From the NCBI GenBank assembly GCA_036264355.1, contig DATARD010000190.1, forward strand, positions 16,678 to 80,677: 64,000 nt of DNA, in the 5' to 3' direction. The position numbers and the translations under genes are program-made. Positions 30,653-40,272 of this stretch are shown here, in pieces; positions within the stretch are counted from its first letter, which is position 1; each line of letters starts with the position of its first letter. Source of the DNA: Thermoanaerobaculia bacterium (GTDB lineage: Bacteria; Acidobacteriota; Thermoanaerobaculia; Multivoradales; UBA5704). The notes under the pieces are model-generated. The model ran no database searches. It was given only the letters and a program-made list of their open reading frames with translations, and was not told where the DNA came from.

Positions 30653-31176
30653 TCCGCGGGGCCGCTGAAGGCGGGAAGTCTAGCACAAACTGGTGGCTCA
30701 CCTCCGCTCGGCCAGCAGAGCCGGCGGTGCGCCGCGAACGCCTGCCGCTTGAACCGCTGCGTCGCCGGGTGGTCGCACTCGAAAAACCGCACGTCCGGCC
30801 GTTCGCGGTGGAGGCGCAGGGCGAGCGTGCCGAGCCCGGCGCCGAGCACGACGACTTGCAAGATGCCGGAGTCCCCGGAAGACGTCGTCAGCGCGGCGCG
30901 GACGGCGTCCTCCAGGAAGAGCTTGCGCACCGCGTAGTGGAGCATAATGCCGGGGATGACGAACGTCTCGGCCGCATAGGCCAGGCCGCGCGGCAGCGCA
31001 TGCCCGCCGGCCCACGCCGCCAGACGCGCCGCTTTCGGATCGGCGCTCTCCAGAAACCAGCGATACGCCTCCGCCGCCTCCGCCGGCACCAGCACCGCGG
31101 TGCGCGGATCGCGCGACAGAAACAGCATCGCCCTGGCGATCAGAAGAGCCGTTTCGCTCGGCCGCTCCGCTCTCAT
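30649..31176 (-). pseudogene. C-terminally truncated LCM-type SAM-dependent methyltransferase
   Basis: 'PSETAL..AR', 'RK.F.ED.V', 'QVVVLGAG..T', 'E.DHPATQ.FK' are present. Homology stops at about aa 150 (family typically ~300 aa) and the tail runs over the STAS promoter. Confidence 0.65.
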
Positions 31177-31218
31177 GCTCGGGAGGGTAACAGAGCGCCT
31201 CTGCTACCATCCCCCGCC

Positions 31219-32406
31219 ATGCCCCGGAAACCACGCGGCCCCCTGACCGGCATCCGTGTCATCGATGCATCGCGGGTGCTGGCCGGACCCTATCTCGCGA
31301 TGCTGCTCGGCGATCTTGGAGCCGAGGTGATCAAGATCGAGAAGCCGGACGGCGGCGATCAGTCGCGCGGCTGGGGACCGCCGTTCGTCGGTCCTCCGGA
31401 GGAACGGGTCTCGGCCTATTTCGTCGCCGCCAACCGCAACAAGCGGTCGGTGGCCCTGGATCTCAAGGACGCCGCGGGACGGGAAGCTTTTCATCGCCTG
31501 CTCGCCGGAGCGGATGTGCTGGTGGAGAACTTCCTGCCAGGGGAATGGCGCAAGCTGGGATTCCGCAGCACAGCCTTCACGAAAAAATACCCACGGCTCC
31601 TGCACTGCACCATCTCCGGCTATGGCACCGGCCCGGACGCGGACCGGCCGGCGTACGACGTCGCGCTGCAAGCCGAGACGGGGCTGATGTCCCTCACCGG
31701 TTTCGCCGGCACGGAGCCGGTACGGGTAGGCGTCGCGGTGGTCGACATCCTCTCCGCGCTCTACGGCCTGTCAGGGCTGCTCGCGGCGCTCTATGCGCGG
31801 GACGCGGGAGGCGCCGGTCCGCGCCGGCGGCGAGTGGAGGTGTCGATGATCGACGCCGGCACCGCCTTCCTTTCCTATGCCGCGCAGTCGTGGCTCGCCG
31901 ACGGCCGGCAGCCGGCTCCCCTGGGATCGCGCCACCCCAATCTAGCGCCCTACCAGGCGTTCCGGGCGCGCGACGGCTGGTTCATCGTCGGCGTCGGCAG
32001 CCAGGAGCTCTGGCACCGCTTCTGCCAGGCGATCGCACGGCCGGAGCTCGAGACCGATCCGCGCTTCGCGACCAATGCCGCGCGGGTCCGCAACCGGAAC
32101 GACCTCGACCGCCTCCTCGGCGAGGTCTTCGCGGCTCAACCCACCGCGTTCTGGGACCGGCTGATGCGCGAGCACCGCATTCCGGCGGCGCCGACGGCGA
32201 CCGTGGGCGAAGCCGTGGAGCGCGCCCGCGACCGTGGCCAGGTGCTGCCGCTCCTGGCGGGCGCTTACGGCGAGCTCGCGACCGTGGCCGCGCCGTTCCT
32301 GTTCAACGGCGTGCGCACCGTCCCCACGCTGCCGCCGCCAGCCCTTGGGCAACATACGGCTGAAGTCTTGCGTAAGGTAGGGTTGGCCACGAAACGCCGA
32401 AGGTGA
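31219..32406 (+). CDS. CaiB/BaiF family III CoA-transferase
   Basis: 'LAGPY..MLLGDLGAEVIKIE', 'NRNKRS', 'DVLVENF', 'ISGYG..GP', 'AYD..LQ'. Confidence 0.92.
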   Translation: MPRKPRGPLTGIRVIDASRVLAGPYLAMLLGDLGAEVIKIEKPDGGDQSRGWGPPFVGPPEERVSAYFVAANRNKRSVALDLKDAAGREAFHRLLAGADVLVENFLPGEWRKLGFRSTAFTKKYPRLLHCTISGYGTGPDADRPAYDVALQAETGLMSLTGFAGTEPVRVGVAVVDILSALYGLSGLLAALYARDAGGAGPRRRRVEVSMIDAGTAFLSYAAQSWLADGRQPAPLGSRHPNLAPYQAFRARDGWFIVGVGSQELWHRFCQAIARPELETDPRFATNAARVRNRNDLDRLLGEVFAAQPTAFWDRLMREHRIPAAPTATVGEAVERARDRGQVLPLLAGAYGELATVAAPFLFNGVRTVPTLPPPALGQHTAEVLRKVGLATKRRR

Positions 32407-32433
32407 TCGTTGACCCTCAAGGGGGAGGAATCC

Positions 32434-34104
32434 ATGCCTCGCATCTTTCTTCTCGCTTCGCTCCTGGTCCTCGCTGACCCCCGGGTGGATTGGGAGCACC
32501 GGGTACCCGAGCTGATGCGCGCCGGCGAGGTGCCGGGCGTCTCGATCGCGGTGATCCGCGACGGCAAGCTCTTCTGGAGCGGCGCCTTCGGCGTGGCGGA
32601 TCCATCCACGGGTGCCGTAGCACGACCGGACACCACGTTCCAGGCCGCGTCCTTGAGCAAACCGGTCTTCGCCTACACCGTGCTGCGCCTGGTCGACCGC
32701 GGCGCCCTCGGCCTGGATACACCGCTGGTCAGCTATCTCCCCTACGAGCGTTTCGCGGATGAACGCGCCGCGCGCATCACCGCCCGCATGGTCCTCTCCC
32801 ATACGACCGGCCTGCCCAACTGGGGCGGCGACAAGCTGAAGCTCGCCTTCGCGCCGGGGGAGCATTTTTCCTACTCCGGCGAGGGCTACTTCTACCTTCA
32901 GAAAGTGGTCGCGAAGATCACCGGCACGCCTCTCGCCGAGCTCGCCCGCCGCGAGGTCTTCGCGCCGCTGGGAATGACCCGCACGAGCTACGTCTGGCTG
33001 GGCCAGCCCGCAGCGGCCGGCGTCGACGACTCCGGCAACGTGCAGAGCACCGATCCGGGCCAGGCGGCGAACGCGGCGGCCAGCCTGCTGACCACCGCCG
33101 GAGACTACAGCCGCTTCCTGCTCGCCGTCGTCACCGGCCAGGGGCTCAAGCCGGAATCCGCCGCCGCCATGCTGACGCCGCAGATCCATGTCCCCGCCAA
33201 ACGGGACGATCCCGCGTCCGCGCCGCGCGACGACATGTCCTGGGGGCTCGGCTGGGGACTGGCCAAGACCGGCGACGGCGAATTCTTCTGGCACTGGGGG
33301 CACCAGGACGCCTGGCGCGCCTTCACCGCAGTGCGGCGGGATGGCCGCGCCGGGCTCGTCGTCTTCACCAACAGCGCCACCGGCCTGTCGATCGCCCGCG
33401 ACCTCGCCGATCTGGCCGGGGTCGGCGGCCTGCCCGTCCTCGACTGGAACGGCTACGAGAGCTACGACAACCCGCGCTGGAAAGCCCGCCGGGAGCTGCT
33501 GCACATTTTTTCGGATCAGGGCGCCGAGGCCGGCCGGCGCCGCTTCGCCCAGATGCGAGACTCCGCACCCGAGGTCGTCGACGCCAAGCTGGCGGATGAG
33601 CTTGCCGATCTCCTGGAAGGCCGCGGCAAGGCGGCGGAAGCCGCCGCCCTGCTCACCCAGGGCGCCGGCGCGAACCCTTCAGCCAAGAGCTACGGCAGCC
33701 TCGGCGACGCCTGGCTCGCCGCGGGAGAGCTTGAACGCGCCCTCGAAAGCTACGAAGCGGCCGCGAAGCTCGATCCGTCGTCACCCCACACCGACGAAAT
33801 CCGCTGGATCCGGGAATGGCTCGCGCTGAAGAAGAACCCGATCAGCCTCTCTGCCGAGGCCCTCCGCCGGTTCGCCGGCGACTACGGTCCACGGCACGTG
33901 CGTCTCGACGGCGGAGCCCTCACCTACACCCGGACCGGCCGCCCGCGAGCCCTCCGCCTGCTGCCAGCCACCGCCGACACCTTCTTCGTGGAAGGCCGCG
34001 ACAATCTCAGAATCCAGTTCGCCGTCGATGCCGCCGGCCGCGCGACCAGGATCATCATTGTCGGCCCGGAAGGCCCGCAGGACTCCTCGCCGCGCGATCC
34101 GTAG
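32434..34104 (+). CDS. Secreted serine hydrolase (beta-lactamase family) with TPR and DUF3471-like C-terminus
   Basis: SxxK in 'ASLSKP', 'YSGEGY', 'HWG'; RBS GGAGG. Confidence 0.88.
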   Translation: MPRIFLLASLLVLADPRVDWEHRVPELMRAGEVPGVSIAVIRDGKLFWSGAFGVADPSTGAVARPDTTFQAASLSKPVFAYTVLRLVDRGALGLDTPLVSYLPYERFADERAARITARMVLSHTTGLPNWGGDKLKLAFAPGEHFSYSGEGYFYLQKVVAKITGTPLAELARREVFAPLGMTRTSYVWLGQPAAAGVDDSGNVQSTDPGQAANAAASLLTTAGDYSRFLLAVVTGQGLKPESAAAMLTPQIHVPAKRDDPASAPRDDMSWGLGWGLAKTGDGEFFWHWGHQDAWRAFTAVRRDGRAGLVVFTNSATGLSIARDLADLAGVGGLPVLDWNGYESYDNPRWKARRELLHIFSDQGAEAGRRRFAQMRDSAPEVVDAKLADELADLLEGRGKAAEAAALLTQGAGANPSAKSYGSLGDAWLAAGELERALESYEAAAKLDPSSPHTDEIRWIREWLALKKNPISLSAEALRRFAGDYGPRHVRLDGGALTYTRTGRPRALRLLPATADTFFVEGRDNLRIQFAVDAAGRATRIIIVGPEGPQDSSPRDP

Positions 34105-34109
34105 CCGGC

Positions 34110-34955
34110 TCAGACCATCACGCCGCGTGCGGCGATCAACCGTTCGAAGAGCTCCGGATCGCCCTCGGCGGTGATCTTCGTCCGTGCCGCTTCCGCGGGC
34201 AGGGCGTTGAAGAGGAGCCGCCATGCCGTATCGCCGTCCATGCGGGCCTGGCTGAGCTGACCGGCCGGCTGCTCCGCCGCGCCGCGCCAGAGCTTCCAGA
34301 CGCCCTCCGTCCGCACCAGCGACCAGATGCCGCCGGCCTCGCCGGTGACCTCCAGAACGAGCGCGGCGCCTTCGGGCCTGTCGAGACTGCGGAAGGCGAC
34401 CGGCAGGGCGTAGAGACAGAGCTCGATGACCGGGTGCAGCCACCGCCGCTCGTAGAGCCCCGGCGCGCCGGCCGCGTCGCGGATCTGTGCCTGGTGGTGC
34501 CAGTGCTCGGTGTACTCCCGCCCCATATCGAACCAGTTTTCCGACCGCTCCTCCCCCGCCCAGGCGACTCCGATCAGCGCCTGCTCGTATGGTGGCAGCG
34601 ACGCCATCACGGCAGCCACCTGCGGCGCGGTCCAGGCGAGGAGATCGGTCAGCACGCGCGGGCTGAGCCGGCCGGCGACGGCGACCCACGAGGCGTTCAA
34701 ACGGTTGAGGTAGCCGACCAGGCTGCGATAGTCGTCGATCGGACCGTCCGGTTGCATGCGGTGCCCATCGCGGGCGGCGGAGATCCTGCGCAGCATCACG
34801 TCCAGCAGGTGCGCGGCGACGTCGCGCACCCGCCACGCTCCGGCCACCGTGGGCCGCTCCCAGTCCGCCGGCGACAGACCGCGCAGGAGGGAGATCAGCT
34901 CGCCGTTGAGGCCGGCAAAGAGATCCGCTGTATAGAGGGGCGCCAAGGGCTCCAT
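34110..34955 (-). CDS. Maleylpyruvate-isomerase N-terminal (DinB superfamily) protein
   Basis: 'DWERPT...W.VRDVAAHL', 'EHWHHQ.QIRDA'. Confidence 0.85.
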   Translation of the reverse strand: MEPLAPLYTADLFAGLNGELISLLRGLSPADWERPTVAGAWRVRDVAAHLLDVMLRRISAARDGHRMQPDGPIDDYRSLVGYLNRLNASWVAVAGRLSPRVLTDLLAWTAPQVAAVMASLPPYEQALIGVAWAGEERSENWFDMGREYTEHWHHQAQIRDAAGAPGLYERRWLHPVIELCLYALPVAFRSLDRPEGAALVLEVTGEAGGIWSLVRTEGVWKLWRGAAEQPAGQLSQARMDGDTAWRLLFNALPAEAARTKITAEGDPELFERLIAARGVMV

Positions 34956-34971
34956 GGGCTGACTCTATCGT

Positions 34972-36147
34972 CTATTTCTTCTGCATTGTGGTGACGATCC
35001 ACCCGGTCTGGAGCGGCCGGCCTTCGAAACCGAGCCCTTCGATCACCGTGTTGCGAAAGACGACCGGCAAGCCCCGTGAGTACAGCGGGTCCGGGCCGTC
35101 GGTGATCTGGAAGTGCAGATGCGGCTCGGTCGTGTTGCCGGTGTGGCCGACCTGGCCGATCACCTGGCCGCGGGTCACCTTGTCGCCGGCCTTCACCTTG
35201 ACGCTCCCCTGCCGCAGATGGGCGTAGTCGGAGTATTCGCCGCCCGCGTGCTGGATCACCACATAGTTGCCGATGACCGCTTTATAACCGCGGGCGAGGA
35301 GCGCGTTCTGACCCGCCATCGTGCGCTGCTCGAAATCCGCCTCACTCTCCCCCGGCCGCTTCAGCCGGTCGTTCGCCTCTGTCTGATCGCTCACCGTCTC
35401 GACGACGACGCCGTCGGCCACGGCGAGGACGTGGCGGCCATAATCGTAATAGTCCTCCAGCTTGCTGCCGTCTCCCTTGTGGGTCTGCCCGCTGCCGCCC
35501 AAAGCGACGAGATCGAGAGCGAACTCCTCCGGGATCGCCCAGCGGTGATGGCTGTGCAGACTCGGAGCGGCACCCACGTACCAGGAGCCGGCGAGAGGAA
35601 AATCATATTCATTCGGCGACTTGCGATTCTCCACCTTGATCGCCGCCCGCGCCTCCACCGCCGTGCCCGCCGCGTCCCGGCCGCGCGCGATGAGAACGAG
35701 CTGATCCGGAACCCCGAGCAGGAGAAGAGGCTTGGCGATCACGAGGACCGCGGTCCCCGGCGTCACGGTCCGGCTGGCCGCCAGATGGATGCCTTCGCCC
35801 AGGAAACGGCTGGTCTGGAATACGGCGTCGTACAGCTTGAAGACGCCTTGCGCCTCCAGAGCGTTCATCTTCTTCGCACCCCGGTCGAGGTCCGCCGCCG
35901 GCACCACCAGCGTCTGGAGCGGCTGGCCCTGGTACACCGCCTGGATCTCCAGCCCGTCGAGAGTGACCGTCTGCGTGTCCTTCTGGTCTCTCTGAATGAT
36001 GGCAATGTTCTGCAGGACGACGGTATAGAGGCCGCGCGCCGGCTCGGCCTCATAGGCATAGACGACGTCCGCCGGATGCACGCGGACCTCGAGGGCCGCG
36101 AGGCGGAACGGAGCGAGCAACAGAGTCAAAACCGCGATCCAACGCAT
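34972..36147 (-). CDS. Secreted M23-family metallopeptidase
   Basis: Signal peptide MRWIAV...; 'HH...FALD', 'GNYVVI.H...Y..YAHL', 'GHTGN.TEPHLHF'. Confidence 0.88.
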   Translation of the reverse strand: MRWIAVLTLLLAPFRLAALEVRVHPADVVYAYEAEPARGLYTVVLQNIAIIQRDQKDTQTVTLDGLEIQAVYQGQPLQTLVVPAADLDRGAKKMNALEAQGVFKLYDAVFQTSRFLGEGIHLAASRTVTPGTAVLVIAKPLLLLGVPDQLVLIARGRDAAGTAVEARAAIKVENRKSPNEYDFPLAGSWYVGAAPSLHSHHRWAIPEEFALDLVALGGSGQTHKGDGSKLEDYYDYGRHVLAVADGVVVETVSDQTEANDRLKRPGESEADFEQRTMAGQNALLARGYKAVIGNYVVIQHAGGEYSDYAHLRQGSVKVKAGDKVTRGQVIGQVGHTGNTTEPHLHFQITDGPDPLYSRGLPVVFRNTVIEGLGFEGRPLQTGWIVTTMQKK

Positions 36148-36221
36148 AGAGCTGTCTCCCTGCCCGCGGAGCCCGCGGGCTTGTATGGCTTCCCTACGCT
36201 CCAGGGCTCCGGCTTGTTTCT

Positions 36222-37244
36222 TCAGGACAGGAGCTTGGATTTGTATTCGGAGATCGGAGTCCCCGGCGGCAGGTCGCGCAGGGCATAGGCGATCCGGCCC
36301 ATCAGGCTGACGTGGGTCTCGACGTCCACGAAGCCGAGGTTTCCCATCGTCTCTGCGCCGCCGAGCATCGGCGGATGCGTCCAACTGTAAACCTGCTCGT
36401 CGGCGAGCTCGGCGCCCGCGTCGCGGAGCTCCAGGAGGGCTTGGAGATGGAACCACTGCGGGCCGCGGTCCTGCGCCTGCCGGCCCCACTCCTCCACGCT
36501 GTCCGCCACCTCTTCATAAGACCCCGCTCCGGTGTCCAGCCAGTGGACGTGACCATCCGGCGTCGACAGGAACAGATCTCCGAAGATGGTGATGCGGAGG
36601 ATCTCGGCCTCCGGCCCCACCAGCCAGCGCCACTCTTCCAGCAGGCGGCCCTGCTTGTCGTCGTCCACCTCGATGAACAGGTCGCCGGCCGACAGGGTCT
36701 GGGTGCTGAAGCTGGTCGAGGTCTCGAGCTCCGACGTCACGCTGGGCGGCAGGTTGGCGAGCGACGCGGCGGTTTCGAAGAGCAACGGCTGGAAGGGATA
36801 GAGCTCGGCGGAGAAACCACGCTGCCAGGGGAAGGTGCCTTCGCGGTCGGGCCAGAACATCTGGAGGACCGGAAAGTCGACGCCGCCGTAGAACGCCATC
36901 GCAGTCCCCAGGAAGCAGGGATACCACACGCGGTCGACCGGACGGAAGGCACCGGAAAAACGGCCGAACAGGCTCTCGTGGACCATGCCGGGCTCGAAGA
37001 CCTCGCCTTCGCTGACCCGCTCCGCGACCGGCTGGATGCGCCCGGACATCCCGCCGGGATCTTCGGATGGCGCGAAGAGCAGGATCTCCGGATGCCGGTA
37101 GGACTGCCAGAGGCCGATCGTGAAGAGGAACCCCGGCTCCTGATCCCCCTGAATCATCACCACGTGCCAGCCATAGAGCTCGACGTCGCTGCGGACCCGC
37201 TGGATCGCCGCTCGGCCAGCCGCTTCCAGATCCTGGTCTTCCAT
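36222..37244 (-). CDS. DUF4262 + T6SS immunity Tdi1/DUF1851-like fusion protein
   Basis: N-half 'V..YGWHVV.I....F.FTIGLW..Y.HPEI'; C-half 'EEWRWL.G....L..T.FGDLF...DG.V.WLD.G.G'. Confidence 0.7.
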   Translation of the reverse strand: MEDQDLEAAGRAAIQRVRSDVELYGWHVVMIQGDQEPGFLFTIGLWQSYRHPEILLFAPSEDPGGMSGRIQPVAERVSEGEVFEPGMVHESLFGRFSGAFRPVDRVWYPCFLGTAMAFYGGVDFPVLQMFWPDREGTFPWQRGFSAELYPFQPLLFETAASLANLPPSVTSELETSTSFSTQTLSAGDLFIEVDDDKQGRLLEEWRWLVGPEAEILRITIFGDLFLSTPDGHVHWLDTGAGSYEEVADSVEEWGRQAQDRGPQWFHLQALLELRDAGAELADEQVYSWTHPPMLGGAETMGNLGFVDVETHVSLMGRIAYALRDLPPGTPISEYKSKLLS

Positions 37245-37418
37245 ACTCGAGCTGCCCTTTCTCCCGCCGACCCTTGACGGGTGCCGCTCCGGCGGGAGGC
37301 GCGCGCCGGGGATCGCGGCGCTTCGGGCTGGAGGGGTTGCGGCTCAGCTTATGAGCCTCGGCACATCCACGTCAACGGACCCGGCCGAGACAGCCGCCTG
37401 AGGGTGACGTTCGACGAA

Positions 37419-37817
37419 TCGGGCCTGGTGCGCTGCGCACCAAGTCTGGCCCAAGGCTCACCAAGTTTGGTCCGCTGCCCACCAAGTTTGGTCTGCTGCT
37501 CACCAGGCTTGGTCCACGCCGGACCAAACCTGGTCAACGACAGACCAAGCCTGGTGCGCGCCAGACCGAGTCTGGTGAACAGCAGACCAGCCCTGGTCGG
37601 CGCCGCACCAAGCCTGGTGTGCGGCACACCAAACCGGGTGTGCGCCGGACCAGGGCTGGCCGACGACAAACCAAGTCTGGTCTGTGGCGGACCAAACCTG
37701 GTGAACAGCGGACCAAACCTGGTCAACGCCACGCCAGGCCCACTGCATTACGGCGTATGTTCGAGCGAAGGCGGGCCAAGGCCGGTCACAGCAGGACCAA
37801 ACCGAGTCGCCGCCTCT
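37419..37817. repeat. Degenerate 21-nt tandem array (~19 units; consensus approx. CCAAGYCTGGTS-N9)
   Basis: CCA...CTGG units recur at exact 21-nt steps from 37440 to 37734, and again at 37776 and 37797. Confidence 0.85.
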
Positions 37818-38637
37818 TCCGTCTGCGGCAGCTCGCCGCGACGGCGCCAGAAATACCACGCCGCAAGGGTGTAGGCGAGCGCCAGGCCGACGCCGAACTC
37901 GGTGGTGAGGTACTTTGTGATGCCGCGGTCTTTGGTCAACGGGTCGAAGATCTCCTGGATGAACAGATTGTGGCTGGCGTGGAGGATGACGGCCGTCCAG
38001 AGGCTGCCCGATTTGAGGCGCAGCCACGCGAAGACGAACGAGGCGGCGATCGCCATCCAGGTGAATGCGATCAGCGCGAACCACTTCGGAGCTCCGGTGT
38101 TGTTGTAGTTCGCGAACAGGATCAGCGGGTAGTGGTAGACGGACAGGCGGCACCGCTGATCAGGGCCGTGTTGGTGAAACTTGTCGTCTTGGCCAGCTCC
38201 GGAACGAGGAGCCCGCGCCAGCCGATCTCCTCGCCGAGCGCGAAGACCATGCCCTGGAGGAAACCCGCGGTGGCGAAAATGGCCAGGATGACGGGGATCG
38301 ATCCGATGCCGTACGCTCTCTTGATCAGCCCTTGCGGATCGAGGCCGTCGAGCCCGGTCGCCCAGACGAGGCCGTAGACCACCAGCCCCATCCCGGCCGG
38401 GAGGAGATACGACAGGACTTGCCAGCGCGTCTTGCCCCATCCCCAGCCGGTGCCTCGGAGGTTCCGCTGCGTGGCCAGCCGCACGATCAGGGCCGCGACC
38501 CCCGGGCACCACATGAGCCCGAGCGTGGGAAGCATCTTGAGCTTGCCGCTCGAAATGATCAGGACGTAGAAGATCGAGCTCAGAGCATAGGTGAGGACGA
38601 GGAAGACGATGATTCGGCGCCGCGCTGCTGTGGACAT
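37748..38637 (-). pseudogene. CPBP/CAAX (Abi) intramembrane metalloprotease with a 1-nt deletion near 38146
   Basis: 'GEEIGWRG' is in one frame and 'YHYP', 'AVILHASHN' in another. The junction reads GCC TG TCC where GCC TGG TCC (A-W-S) would restore the frame. RBS AGGAGG before ATG 38637. Confidence 0.85.
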
Positions 38638-38734
38638 CGTGGACCTCCTGGGACAGGCTCTTGATCCGGAAGCATACTCCTGCCACCGTGCCAAGGGAGG
38701 TCGATGTCCACCTGACTTGGAGTAGACTATTTTC

Positions 38735-38974
38735 ATGAGCACGACACTGACCCTGACCATTCCCACGGATGAGAAGCTCCATGAGGCTCTCCAGGAGCGG
38801 GCAGCGATGCAGGGCAAGACCGTCCCGGAGCTGGCTCAGGAGATCCTCAGCGAAGCGATGGCAGAGCGCCCGCTGGCGGAACGAGTTGGCCATCTCCGAG
38901 GGCGGCTCCATCTCCGGAAAGACACCTCCGATCCTTGGCGCGCTCACCTTCGCGAGAGTAACTTCCGCTCTTGA
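38735..38974 (+). CDS. VapB-like/RHH antitoxin
   Basis: 79 aa, 'L.L.I...L.EAL..RA...GKT..E', ending 'LRE.N.R.'; overlaps the vapC start. Confidence 0.75.
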   Translation: MSTTLTLTIPTDEKLHEALQERAAMQGKTVPELAQEILSEAMAERPLAERVGHLRGRLHLRKDTSDPWRAHLRESNFRS

Positions 38975-39357
38975 AAGCCTGGATTCTCGACACCGGCCCC
39001 CTCGTTGCCTACATCGACGCGTCGGAAAAGCAACACGCCCGAGTCGCGGCTCTGCTCGACGCTTTCACAGGCCAACTCCTCACGACCACAGCCGTCATCA
39101 CGGAGGCGATGCACCTTTTGGCAACCGACCGCGGAGGTCCCGCCCTCTTGGCCGAGCTCGTCGCGCAAAGCGGGATGCAAATCTTCGACTTCACCGAGGC
39201 GGCAGCGTTGTCCGAGGCCGCTCGCCGGCATGGGCGCCTCGCTTCTCGGCCGCCGCCGGAGCGACGACGGATTCAACAGCTCCATTTTTCGGCAACACAG
39301 ACCGACGATGTCTTGAACGGCACGGTTCCCATTCATCATCAGCCGAGGACGCTCTGA
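38971..39357 (+). pseudogene. vapC: VapC/PIN toxin, C-terminus apparently replaced or truncated after ~aa 84
   Basis: 'ILDTGPLVA', 'TT.AVITEAMHLL' are present. The expected 'MD..DA...LT.D' C-terminal acidic motifs are not seen in any frame. Confidence 0.6.
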
Positions 39358-39817
39358 GCAGGGCCAATCCAGCCCATCAGAAGATCAGGACGTCTTGACC
39401 AGGCCCATTCTGAAGTATTAGAAGCCGAGGACGGCTTGGCGGGCGCCATTCCGTCGTGACCAGGGAGATTCCAGGCTGTCAGACGCTTCGGACGGCTTGA
39501 GCAGTCCGGTTCTGGACCAGCGCAGGACTCTGCCGCGCCGGCAGAAGCGGGGACAACCCGGCATGGGCCTGGGCAAAGCGCCCGCAGCCCATTCCAAGCC
39601 GGCCGAAGGCTGGGCAAGGCAGAATGGCGTTCTTGGAAAACAGAATCCAACGGGCAGAAGGACTCCGGCCATCCGCCAACCCGTCTCTTGAGCCAACCGT
39701 CTGCCGGAAGTGCATTTCCCGCGCGTCTCCGGGGAGCACGGAGCAGAATCGTGCTCTGTCGCGGCGCGTGGACGTGGAGCGGCGAGGAGGCTTACAATTC
39801 TCCCTGGAGGCTTATCC

Positions 39818-40147
39818 GTGAAAACGCTCGATGAGGCCCAACAACTGCTAACAGAAATGTCGCGCGCCGAGAAGGCACAACTGCTGCGCTGGGTCGTTCA
39901 GGATCTCGGAGATGCCTACCCCGGGATCGAGAGCCGGCCGGACGTGTGCGGTGGCGAGCCGTGTATCGTCCGAACGCGAATTCCGGTCTGGCTCCTCGTC
40001 CAGGCTCACAACCTCGGAACAAGCGAGGCCGATCTCCTGAATGCCTATCCGACGTTACGCGCCGAGGATCTGGCGAACGCCTGGTCCTTCTTTCGTGACC
40101 ACCACGAGGAGATCGAGCGGCAGATCCTCGAAAATGAGGCGGCCTGA
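39818..40147 (+). CDS. DUF433-family antitoxin
   Basis: 'PDVCGGEPCIVRTRIPVW', 'LL..YP.L...D'; GGAGG RBS before GTG. Confidence 0.9.
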   Translation: MKTLDEAQQLLTEMSRAEKAQLLRWVVQDLGDAYPGIESRPDVCGGEPCIVRTRIPVWLLVQAHNLGTSEADLLNAYPTLRAEDLANAWSFFRDHHEEIERQILENEAA

Positions 40148-40149
40148 AA

Positions 40150-40272
40150 ATGGCCCGCCTCTACACAAATGAAAACTTCCCCCTTCAGGGAGCCCGGGAG
40201 CAGGATCCTGTGTCTGGCAAACTCATTCGGATCAACCGGCCTGGACCAGATACGCGTCTCACGTCAAAATGA
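40150..40272 (+). pseudogene. DUF5615 PIN-like toxin remnant with a large in-frame internal deletion (40 aa left)
   Basis: Translates MARLYTNENFPL-QGAREQDPVSGKLIRINRPGPDTRLTSK, i.e. the family N-terminus fused to the family C-terminus. Confidence 0.7.

Noticed and set aside
37419-37817. CRISPR array
   Set aside because: Units are contiguous degenerate 21-mers with no constant repeat plus unique 30-40-nt spacers, and there are no cas genes.
39358-39810. Possible small ORFs or ~20-nt periodic repeat between the two TA modules
   Set aside because: Only weak, irregular periodicity (GGACGGCTTG twice) and no recognisable protein motif; left unannotated.
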